From: Psychrobacter sp. DM4
GTDB taxonomy: Bacteria; Pseudomonadota; Gammaproteobacteria; Pseudomonadales; Moraxellaceae
DNA length: 32,000 nt
NCBI RefSeq assembly: GCF_051307035.1
Contig: NZ_CP195536.1
Location: forward strand, 1,080,001 to 1,112,000
Reading direction: 5' to 3'
The position numbers and the translations under genes were made by a program. Shown piece after piece: positions 16,008 through 24,001 of the stretch; positions within the stretch are counted from its first letter, which is position 1, and every line of letters begins with the position of its first letter. A model generated the notes under the pieces. The model ran no database searches, had not been told where the DNA came from, and was given only the letters and a program-made list of their open reading frames with translations.

Positions 16008-16712
16008 ATGTCCAATAGTAATCCTTACAACTTTACGCCGCTCAAACCTACTGGTAGAAATGAGACAGACAACGTCAACACTTACTCGCCTGAGGACATG
16101 ATAACCATCTACGAGCAGCAGTTTCTTACCCAAGTGCCTGAAGATAAGCTGACCGAATTTTTGCCTACGCTAAAACGTTTTTATGATATCGACGATAATA
16201 CTTTAGATATCAGTGCGGTTATTTTTGACGCTATAGCGGATGCGACTATCATCTATAATCACAAAGTAAAAGTAGGCGAGTATCAGATCGTAGGAGACTT
16301 AGTCAAAGAAAACATTCAAAACAACGAGAATGATGAAGGCAATGAAAATAATGAAAGTACTGATGACCAAGCCTATACGATAGACTGTGTGCGCATGTTT
16401 TTTATCAATGATGTTAAGCTGGCTTATCACTTTAACTTATTTGTGCAAGGCGATGGTTATTCCACATTGACCAAAAAAGACACGGTACTTGAAAAAATAT
16501 ATTGGCTAATCAACGCAGGATTTGAAGAGCATTTACTAGGCGACCCTAATGAGTTGACGAGTTTAGAGTCTATCAACGAGGAGCTTGACCGCTTAGATAT
16601 TAGACAGATGGATCTGGCCACTATCCACCAATTGGTGAATTACATCGACGATCATATGATTGATGACGATATGATTGACGCGCTAAATACTGTAATAGAT
16701 GCTGCCGATTAG
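16008..16712 (+). CDS. Hypothetical, strongly acidic protein, 234 aa
   Basis: Clean ORF. By hand count, 47 D/E against 15 K/R. Contains an N/E/D low-complexity segment (NIQNNENDEGNENNESTDD). No recognised family. Confidence 0.6.
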   Translation: MSNSNPYNFTPLKPTGRNETDNVNTYSPEDMITIYEQQFLTQVPEDKLTEFLPTLKRFYDIDDNTLDISAVIFDAIADATIIYNHKVKVGEYQIVGDLVKENIQNNENDEGNENNESTDDQAYTIDCVRMFFINDVKLAYHFNLFVQGDGYSTLTKKDTVLEKIYWLINAGFEEHLLGDPNELTSLESINEELDRLDIRQMDLATIHQLVNYIDDHMIDDDMIDALNTVIDAAD

Positions 16713-16896
16713 ATTTAGCATTTGTAGCGTGACTCTATATGCCCCAGACAGATATTATTACCCTATTATCCGCGTCGCCCCCTTGCACAATGTGTGATAA
16801 CTCAAATAGAAGCACTCAAGCTACGCGGACAAGATATCATCAAATAAATACGTAATGTATATAATCTACGCAGACTAAGTGTTCTAACTCAATAAA

Positions 16897-16925
16897 AGCC
16901 TTGCTACAACAGTAAGGTTTTTTTG
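16897..16925 (+). terminator. Rho-independent terminator
   Basis: gccttgct-acaac-agtaaggt (with G-U pairs) followed by ttttttt. Confidence 0.55.
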
Positions 16926-16958
16926 ACTTAATATACTGATTTCATCACGAGACCTATT

Positions 16959-17606
16959 ATGACTGCTTCATTGCCACTCTTGTACTCCTTTCGTCGTTGT
17001 CCCTATGCTATGCGGGCTAGACTTGGTATTTTATTCTCTGGGCAAAAAGTCACGCTGCGAGAAATCGTACTAAAGAATAAACCAGCGCAGATGCTAGCGA
17101 TTAGTCCTAAGGGTACAGTGCCTGTCTTGCAACTAATCGATGGTAGGGTGATTGAGGAGAGTACAGAGATCATGGAGTGGGCACTTGCGCAAAATGATCC
17201 GCAAGGCTTACTTGATACCAAGGTTTTGCCTCAGGCTAGTGCGCTAATCGATCAAAACGATAACGAGTTTAAGCACTGGCTCGATCACTATAAATATGCA
17301 GATCGTTATCTTGAGATGACCCAGATAGAATATCGACAACGTGGCGAAGTGTTTTTACAGGTTTTAGAGGAGCTACTCACGCAGAACCTCTATTTACTAG
17401 CAGATAAAGTAACGCTTGCTGACATCGCTATCATGCCTTTTGTGCGTCAGTTCGCTCATGTCGATCGTACTGTTTTTTATGACCTGCCTTATCCTAATCT
17501 ACAGCGCTGGCTGGATTGCTGGCTGGCACACCCTTTATTTTTGCAAGTGATGACCAAGTATCAGCCGTGGCAAGAAGGGGATGAGGTGGTGGTTTTTTCT
17601 GTTTAA
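16959..17606 (+). CDS. Glutathione S-transferase family protein, 215 aa
   Basis: Thioredoxin-like N-domain with SFRRCPYAMRARL and SPKGTVPVL...EES (cis-Pro/GSH-binding region), followed by a helical C-domain. Confidence 0.85.
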   Translation: MTASLPLLYSFRRCPYAMRARLGILFSGQKVTLREIVLKNKPAQMLAISPKGTVPVLQLIDGRVIEESTEIMEWALAQNDPQGLLDTKVLPQASALIDQNDNEFKHWLDHYKYADRYLEMTQIEYRQRGEVFLQVLEELLTQNLYLLADKVTLADIAIMPFVRQFAHVDRTVFYDLPYPNLQRWLDCWLAHPLFLQVMTKYQPWQEGDEVVVFSV

Positions 17607-17685
17607 CGCTAGAATTACTATATAAGAACACTCTAACCTAACTCTTGCTATAATGCCCAACGCTTTAAAATAAAGACTATAAATT

Positions 17686-18399
17686 ATGGAACCAAATCAC
17701 AATATTGTAGAACAAAGACCCGTGTTTATGCCTAAAGTCAACAGTGACAATCTGGTAAAAACAGACATGGTCAGGTTTGAGCGCCATGTCGGGTTTGCTA
17801 GTCGTCAAAAGAAAAAATCTATTAATGATTTGCACCAAGTTATCCGCAAAAAGTATGGCTTTAGCAACGTCTTAGAGATGTCTAGTAAATCGGGTAATAA
17901 GCTCAGTTTTTTGCTTAGTCCTCTTAGCTTACAGCTTACTGATGAGGATAGCGACGGCCATTACAGTGTCGAGAATATCTTTCAGGCGAGTAAGGTTTTT
18001 GAGCGCGGTGGCCCATATACCGACCTGCTAACTGCTGCGCCAAGACAAGCCAAAAAGGACGAGCGCTTACATAACTCAGGTCAGCTCGTGGGTTACAATG
18101 ATTTTGGTATGGAATGGGGTATAGAGCCACTAACCGTATTTTACGATTGGTTATACATCAATGCGCTAAAACAAAACACGCAGCTTCATGAACAAGTAAT
18201 GCAATATCAAGCCTTTACTGATATTGAGTTTAATCCCAAAAAGTCTATTCATAGTGCCGTTTATTCGCTAGCGATGTTTGTGGCGCTCAATAAGCGAGAG
18301 TTACTCGATAAAGTTGAAGACCCAGGCACGTTTTATGACTTGCATACTGAGTTTAAGGTCAGTAATACCGAGCAGTTTTTGGAGACAGGTTGGTTTTGA
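17686..18399 (+). CDS. Hypothetical protein, 237 aa, family not recognised
   Basis: Clean ORF with ordinary composition. The start is uncertain: an alternative ATG at 17728 gives MPKVNSD. Confidence 0.6.
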   Translation: MEPNHNIVEQRPVFMPKVNSDNLVKTDMVRFERHVGFASRQKKKSINDLHQVIRKKYGFSNVLEMSSKSGNKLSFLLSPLSLQLTDEDSDGHYSVENIFQASKVFERGGPYTDLLTAAPRQAKKDERLHNSGQLVGYNDFGMEWGIEPLTVFYDWLYINALKQNTQLHEQVMQYQAFTDIEFNPKKSIHSAVYSLAMFVALNKRELLDKVEDPGTFYDLHTEFKVSNTEQFLETGWF

Positions 18400-18568
18400 C
18401 AATCAATCACTCTGATTGCCTCTGTAGGGTATAGCTCATCTCTTTTAAAATGAGTGCAAATTTTCTATACCATAGTTTTCTACACCATAAAAGCTGCCTC
18501 GCTGTTGATAATTCATTCAATTTAGGCTTTTTAACCAAACTTTTTTTAATTAGGTAAAACGGTGCTTT

Positions 18569-19543
18569 ATGTTTAACGCTACCACGACTCGTCTAAATAA
18601 ATACATCAGCGAAAGCGGAATCTGCTCTAGGCGAGATGCTGACCGCTTTGTTGAACAAGGTAATGTGTACGTCAATGGCAAGCGTGCTCAAGTAGGCGCG
18701 CAAGTGAGCGCGGGAGATGCGGTAAAAGTAAACGGGCAGCTTATCGAGCCGCGAGAAGTCGATGATTTTGTTTTTATTGCCTTAAACAAGCCTGTGGGTA
18801 TCGTGAGCACGACAGAAAGCTCTGAGAAGAACAACATCGTTGATTTTGTAAGGCATAGTTTACGTATTTTCCCCATTGGCCGTTTGGATAAAGATTCCCA
18901 AGGGTTAATCTTTTTGACCAACAATGGCGATTTGGTAAATAAGGTGTTGCGTGCGGGCAACAATCATGAAAAGGAGTATTTAGTCACGGTCAATAAACCG
19001 ATAACGGATAGCTTCATTGAGGGTTTGGCAGGCGGTGTGCCTATGCTTGGCAAGATGACGAAAAAATGTCCTGTCACTAAGGTGGCGCCTACCGTGTTTA
19101 GTATTACACTAGTACAAGGATTAAACCGTCAAATTCGTCGTATGTGTGAGCATTTTGGCTACGAAGCTATCAAGCTTGAGCGTACACGGATTATGAACGT
19201 CAGCCTTAAAGGTATTGCCGTTGGCGACTGGCGCGATCTAACCGAAAAAGAGTTGTCTGTCTTACTAAAATCTATAGAGGACTCTTCTTCAGAGGACCGC
19301 CATTCGAACAAGAAATCTCGCAACGCGCCACGAAAAAAACCTCGTACTAACCCGTCGTCCAAGTCAAAATCAACAGGCGCGACTAAGGAAAATGATAGGC
19401 ACTCTAAAGATGGTGCTAGAAAACCCAAGGGATCTAAAGGTAGGGATGGGCGTCCTACTGGTCGTGGCAAGAAGTCTGGGGGCAATGGTAAACCTGCTAC
19501 AAATGGCAGGCGTCCTGCAAAGGGTCGAAGCTCTTCACGGTAA
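18569..19543 (+). CDS. rluF: 23S rRNA pseudouridine synthase RluF (RsuA family) with S4 domain and long basic C-terminal tail, 324 aa
   Basis: [20 protein letters not shown] (S4), catalytic [15 protein letters not shown], and [19 protein letters not shown]. Closely parallels E. coli RluF as I recall it. Confidence 0.92.
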   Translation: MFNATTTRLNKYISESGICSRRDADRFVEQGNVYVNGKRAQVGAQVSAGDAVKVNGQLIEPREVDDFVFIALNKPVGIVSTTESSEKNNIVDFVRHSLRIFPIGRLDKDSQGLIFLTNNGDLVNKVLRAGNNHEKEYLVTVNKPITDSFIEGLAGGVPMLGKMTKKCPVTKVAPTVFSITLVQGLNRQIRRMCEHFGYEAIKLERTRIMNVSLKGIAVGDWRDLTEKELSVLLKSIEDSSSEDRHSNKKSRNAPRKKPRTNPSSKSKSTGATKENDRHSKDGARKPKGSKGRDGRPTGRGKKSGGNGKPATNGRRPAKGRSSSR

Positions 19544-19624
19544 TAAGTTTTTAAAGTATGACTGCTTTATTTATTGCTAAAATGGCAGTAAGCTAAATAA
19601 CTTTAATCTTAACGGGACAATATT

Positions 19625-20068
19625 ATGTTTAAAATAAAAGTAGAGCGCATTGTCAAAAGACCGATTGACGAAGTGTTTGAGGCACTAAGCGATCATGCCA
19701 GTTATGGGTCATTTAAAGCGGTTGGGGCTGCTAAGCTAGTGACGGAAGGTGACGAGGAGCGCAATGGCGTGGGGGCTTTACGTAGTATTCAAACGGGACC
19801 TGTTAAGTTCTGGGAGCGCATTACAGCGTTTGAGCGTCCTACTCATATGCAATACCGAATCGAAAAAACTAAACCTATAAAAATGCAACATGATAAAGGC
19901 TTCATTGATTTAAAAGACTTGGGCGATGGCACTACACACGTAACTTGGGTATCTGAGGGTCGATTGACTGTACCATTGCCATTACTCGGTCGCCTATTTG
20001 ACCGTCAAATGCAGAAACAAGGAACCATAGGGTTTAGTAGCATACTCAAATCTATAGAAAGCCGCTAA
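19625..20068 (+). CDS. SRPBCC (polyketide cyclase/START-like) family protein, 147 aa
   Basis: Size and pattern (IDEVFEALSDH...) are typical of SRPBCC ligand-binding proteins. Confidence 0.7.
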   Translation: MFKIKVERIVKRPIDEVFEALSDHASYGSFKAVGAAKLVTEGDEERNGVGALRSIQTGPVKFWERITAFERPTHMQYRIEKTKPIKMQHDKGFIDLKDLGDGTTHVTWVSEGRLTVPLPLLGRLFDRQMQKQGTIGFSSILKSIESR

Positions 20069-20144
20069 TCTAGCGGCAATATTGGCCTTTTTGATGTGAC
20101 TGTTTAGTAGTGGCTTATTTTATTAGAGCCACTACCAGTTAGTT

Positions 20145-20456
20145 TTAATCCGTTTTGTTTTTGACCGCCTCAATCTCGTTAAAACGCGCTAATTGCTCTG
20201 GTGTGGCTGGTTGCTGATACTTCTCTTTCCACTCAGAGTAGGGCATACCATAGACAAGCTCACGCGCATCCTCGTATTCAATTTCAATACCACGCTCTTC
20301 ACCAGCAGCTTTATACCATTTGGATAAACAGTTACGACAAAAGTCGGCAAGGTTCATTAGATCAATATTCTGTACGTCTTTACGCTCGTCTAAATGGGCT
20401 AATAAATGCCGAAATGCCGCTGCTTCTAATTCAATGTTGGATTCTAGTTTTGCCAT
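20145..20456 (-). CDS. DUF1244 domain protein, 103 aa
   Basis: Characteristic LADFCRNCLSKWY segment. AGGAAA SD. Confidence 0.8.
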   Translation of the reverse strand: MAKLESNIELEAAAFRHLLAHLDERKDVQNIDLMNLADFCRNCLSKWYKAAGEERGIEIEYEDARELVYGMPYSEWKEKYQQPATPEQLARFNEIEAVKNKTD

Positions 20457-20643
20457 AATATTTTCCTAATCGTCAATGCGTATTTGTTCGTTATTATACA
20501 TGACACATTAAAAGTGTTGATGATCTATTGTTTTTTATTTAATAGATATCTGTCTGCCCGTTATCTATCTACCAAAGCTCCTTACCTTTTAATAATAATA
20601 TTAAACCATTTCTCACTTCTATTGGGTCTTTGATCACTAGTAT

Positions 20644-21340
20644 AGGGTCTGTTGAACCTTGGGAGTAAATTGATAGCAAAGAAATAGCAAAGCAGTAATT
20701 TTTGAGTTCTCATACAAAAAATATACCGTTCGCTATGCCTCGCAAAATGCTCACGAATGAGAACTGGGCAAGACTAAGATTTGTATTGCTAGAACTCAAC
20801 ACCTAGGACAAAAGAAATCTTAGACTAATGGTCGAAGATCTACTTTGTCGTATGCGTGTTGGTTGTCCTTGGCGCAAGCTATCAGCAAAAGTGTGGCAGG
20901 TCGTGCGACCAATATTCACTTAGCAGTTGATGCTCACGGTAACCCAATCAGCTTTATCGTATCAGATGATACGACTCACGATGTTAAGGTAGCACCAGAT
21001 TTAGTTAATAAGATCAATTTAGGGGGTACAGATATTCTATATGCTGATAAATGTGATGACTCTGATGCGCTGTGAGAACATATTAAACAAGCAGGAAGCT
21101 TCGATTGTATTCCAAAAAAGCAGAATGCAAAATCAGATAATGACCATATAGATTGGGACTTGTACAAAGTCCGCCACTTGGTTGAAAATGCATTCGCTCA
21201 CCTAAAACGATTCTGAGCAATAGCCACTAGATATGACAAGCTTAAACAAAGCTATGACAAGCTTAAACAAAGCTATGAGAATACAATAGCGCTAGCTTGT
21301 GCCTTTAACTAGCTTAAATTATGAACGTTAAACAGACCCT
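20644..21340 (+). mobile_element. Decayed, internally deleted IS5-family insertion sequence (IS427/IS1031-like), about 697 bp
   Basis: Terminal inverted repeats agggtctgttgaac (20644..20657) and gttaaacagaccct (21327..21340) match at 13 of 14 positions. Transposase fragments carry stops: MPRKMLTNENWARL...LLCRMRVGCPWRKL (OrfA-like), then NIHLAVDAHGNP...ADKCDDSDAL*...IPKKQN...YKVRHLVENAFAHLKRF*AIATRYDKL (DDE region). The segment between OrfA and the first Asp region is missing. Confidence 0.85.
21233..21274 (+). repeat. Perfect 21-bp tandem duplication inside the IS remnant
   Basis: atgacaagcttaaacaaagct occurs twice (21233..21253 and 21254..21274). This duplicates YDKLKQS in the transposase C-terminus. 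Confidence 0.95.
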
Positions 21341-21501
21341 AATAATTAATAAGTTAAGAACCCTATTTTGATTGTCTAAGATTGACTAACAGCTCAAAGT
21401 AGGCGTTGGATGAGCTATACATATCAGAGTTCTAATTAGTTCTCCGATTTTTAAGATGGTAGCTGACTCAAACATTTACTTTGGTTGAATTTTTATGTGA
21501 A

Positions 21502-22095
21502 TCAAATAGCTTTTAGTCCTAGCAACATATCTTTGATCATACTGTCTAAATCTTTCATGGTTTGCTTAACGTTTGGTTGCGTGCTCAGTGTCATAACCGC
21601 TCCTACTAGTAATCCATAAATTAAACTAACTGCAACGTTAGGAGCATAAGGCTTCATCTGACCACTGTTTTGTAGTTGTGAGACGATACCTTCAATGTGT
21701 CTAATGGTATGGCTACTATCGATTTTTTGCCATTGCTCCCATCCTAATACTGTAATAACCTCTTGTAGAGGAATCGTATTTGATCCGTGAGTAAGGATGA
21801 AATTTAAAAAAGCATGACACTGATTGAACGCAGTCTGCCAGTCATTATCACCATCAGGAGCTGCTGCTATCGCCTCAGAAACCTGACGCGCCTGTTGCTC
21901 GAAGCAAGCCTCAAACACTGCCTGCTTATCTTTAAAATGATGATAAATCGCTCCTTTTGTCACCTGTGCTTGTGCCGCTATAGTATCGATTGATGTTCCA
22001 GCAAAGCTATCACGGCAAAATAACGCTTGTGCTGAATTAAGAATAGCTTCGCGAGTTTCCTCTGCATAAAGCTGTCGTCGAGAAATACCTTTCAT
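21502..22095 (-). CDS. TetR/AcrR family transcriptional regulator, 197 aa
   Basis: N-terminal HTH (FAGTSIDTIAAQAQVTKGAIYHHFKDKQAVF). Confidence 0.9.
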   Translation of the reverse strand: MKGISRRQLYAEETREAILNSAQALFCRDSFAGTSIDTIAAQAQVTKGAIYHHFKDKQAVFEACFEQQARQVSEAIAAAPDGDNDWQTAFNQCHAFLNFILTHGSNTIPLQEVITVLGWEQWQKIDSSHTIRHIEGIVSQLQNSGQMKPYAPNVAVSLIYGLLVGAVMTLSTQPNVKQTMKDLDSMIKDMLLGLKAI

Positions 22096-22131
22096 AGCGC
22101 ATCCAATTGGTTAATAAATTTGCTATTATAC

Positions 22132-22152
22132 TAACATACTAATAGTATGTTA
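22132..22152. promoter_or_regulatory. 21-bp perfect palindrome, candidate TetR operator in the divergent promoter region
   Basis: taacatacta-a-tagtatgtta, read directly. Sits between the divergent TetR and hydrolase genes. Confidence 0.5.
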
Positions 22153-22221
22153 AATACCATAGGTATCTATTAGAAAATATAAGGCAAAGGGTTAGAATTT
22201 GAATAACTAAGGATGATCGTA

Positions 22222-23049
22222 ATGAATACTTTTACAGATATACAAGCAAAAACTCAGCATCTTGAGACTCAAGACGGTTATCCACTTTTGGCAACCTTAT
22301 ACCAATCATCTACTCCCAGTAGCGTGATTATCATTGCGCCTGCTGTCGCTGTGCCACAAGCATATTATCAATCTTTCGCAGAATACTTTGCAGGTCGCGG
22401 AATCGACTGTATTACCTTCGACTATCGGGGTACTGGACAGTCTTTAGCTAAGGATTCACCTTATCAGATTCGCTTGGAGAATTGGGGCACACAAGATATT
22501 GAAGCGGTTATTCAATTTACTCAGAACAATTATAGCGATAACTTTCCCATTCAATTTTTAGGACATAGCATAGGTGGACAACTCATGGGGTTAGCGCCAT
22601 CATCGAAAGTTCTCAATCGTATTGTTCATATTGCTGTATCCGCACCTTATTGGCGACGCTGGCCGCTGAAAACAGGACTAAATATACATGCTTTTACTAA
22701 GCTAGTGATTCCCCTATTTTCAGCGAGGCGAGAGCAATTTTCTTCGAAAAAAGTAGGACTTGGCAAAATGAGTGTGCCCTCAAGTGCTATTAGACAGTGG
22801 GGCGCTTGGATGAGTAAAAAGAAATATTTATTTGACCCAGTTTTCGAGCTTGAACTTAGCGGTTATAAAAATCTTAGTCAGCCATTATTGGCACTTGGGT
22901 TTAGCGATGACGAGCTAGCGCCAGAGGTGAATATCAATGTATTACTAGGCTATTTTTGCAATGCTTACATTACTTACGAATTTATCAATGTTTCTGAGCT
23001 TGGACTTGGAACAGTAGGTCATGCTGGCTTCTTCAAACCTCGATTTTAA
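22222..23049 (+). CDS. Alpha/beta-fold hydrolase, 275 aa from ATG 22222
   Basis: Nucleophile elbow GHSIGG. Late VGHAGFF may contain the catalytic His. TAAGGA SD 8 nt before the ATG at 22222; the ORF-track start at 22213 overlaps that SD. Confidence 0.8.
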   Translation: MNTFTDIQAKTQHLETQDGYPLLATLYQSSTPSSVIIIAPAVAVPQAYYQSFAEYFAGRGIDCITFDYRGTGQSLAKDSPYQIRLENWGTQDIEAVIQFTQNNYSDNFPIQFLGHSIGGQLMGLAPSSKVLNRIVHIAVSAPYWRRWPLKTGLNIHAFTKLVIPLFSARREQFSSKKVGLGKMSVPSSAIRQWGAWMSKKKYLFDPVFELELSGYKNLSQPLLALGFSDDELAPEVNINVLLGYFCNAYITYEFINVSELGLGTVGHAGFFKPRF

Positions 23050-23154
23050 GATACGCTGTGGTCTAAGGTAGCTGATTGGCTGAATAAATAAATAGTGTCC
23101 AATCAGAGCTTGTAAGAACAAGCATGATATACAAATAACTGATAGGGGAAGTAA

Positions 23155-23379
23155 ATGTTAAAAATGAAATCGAACTGCGAGAAATGCAATTTAGATACAG
23201 GGCTTACTGCTGTAGCGTATATATGTTCATATGAGTGTACCTTCTGCGAAGCATGCAGCAAAAATATGGACTGCATCTGTCCAAACTGTCAAGGTAATTT
23301 AGTTCTTAGACCTATTAGAACCAAGAGTCCTAGGCAAGCTCTTGTGTCTAGGGTTAAGAAAAAAGTATTTGGTTTATAA
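23155..23379 (+). CDS. DUF1272 domain protein (Cys-rich, zinc-ribbon-like), 74 aa
   Basis: NCEKCN...CSYECTFCEAC...CPNCQGNLVLRPIR pattern. GGGGAAG SD. Confidence 0.8.
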   Translation: MLKMKSNCEKCNLDTGLTAVAYICSYECTFCEACSKNMDCICPNCQGNLVLRPIRTKSPRQALVSRVKKKVFGL

Positions 23380-23625
23380 GTTCTTCCAAATTCAGAGAGT
23401 GTTTTTGGGAGTAGAACGTTTTACTAAAACAAGTCCGACTTTCTTTTTTTAAAAACCTTATCACTATGAACACCAGATTCAATAGCCACATTCACAAGTA
23501 CCCTCAGCACAGTTTAAGTACCACATGAGCACCGCACCGAAAATGGGGTTTTTGTTTGAGTAGCTAAACTCAACTATATTCAAAAATATATTTCGAGAAT
23601 TCCTCTGTAACCCCTGAAAAATAGA

Positions 23626-23664
23626 CAAAAAAAAGCCTCACCGCTCGTGTATGAGTCGTGAGGC
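23626..23664 (-). terminator. Rho-independent terminator of tRNA-Gly
   Basis: gcctcac...gtgaggc stem. The A8 run at 23627..23634 gives a T-run on the minus strand. Confidence 0.7.
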
Positions 23665-23688
23665 TTTTGCGCTTTTTCAAGCCATATT

Positions 23689-23763
23689 TGGAGCGGGAAA
23701 AGAGATTCGAACTCTCGACCCCAACCTTGGCAAGGTTATGCTCTACCACTGAGCTATTCCCGC
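23689..23763 (-). tRNA. tRNA-Gly (anticodon GCC), 75 nt with encoded CCA
   Basis: The reverse complement gcgggaatagctcagtggtagagcataaccttgccaaggttggggtcgagagttcgaatctcttttcccgctcca folds as a cloverleaf. Anticodon loop is ttGCCaa. Near-identical to E. coli tRNA-Gly(GCC). Confidence 0.97.
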
Positions 23764-23812
23764 TGAATCATCGTATCAGCCATACCTAAGCATCGCTAGA
23801 TGATGACAGCAT

Positions 23813-23840
23813 ATTATACGTATATTTCTAAGCCTGTCAA
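23813..23840 (-). promoter_or_regulatory. Candidate consensus sigma70 promoter for tRNA-Gly (TTGACA-16 nt-TATAAT on the minus strand)
   Basis: tgtcaa at 23835..23840 and attata at 23813..23818 on the plus strand are the reverse complements of the consensus hexamers. About 45 nt upstream of the tRNA 5' end. Confidence 0.55.
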
Positions 23841-24001
23841 TAATTTTCCTATAAATTGTCATTATGGATAAACAGCGGTATGACATTGTCATAATCTTGT
23901 GGTATAACATATTTTTATAACTAGTATTCCAAAATATTTTCTAAATACTAATACGTCGAATTACCATAGTCTTGAGACTATAAGATACAAGGATGATTAA
24001 T

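Noticed and set aside
18451-18558. 35-codon ORF (MSANFLYHSFLHH...) upstream of rluF
   Set aside because: It has no SD and lies in the probable rluF promoter/leader. Its composition is typical of random AT-rich sequence.
19270-19543. The long Lys/Arg/Gly/Ser-rich C-terminal tail of RluF as a novel fused domain; also overlapping ORFs 19159..19485(-) and 19392..19580(+)
   Set aside because: E. coli RluF, as I recall it, also ends in a Lys-rich disordered tail. This one is only longer. The overlapping ORFs are low-complexity shadows.
20845-21167. ORFs 20845..21075(+) and 20976..21167(-) as real genes
   Set aside because: The plus-strand ORF is a fragment of the decayed IS5-family transposase. 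The minus-strand ORF is its antisense shadow.
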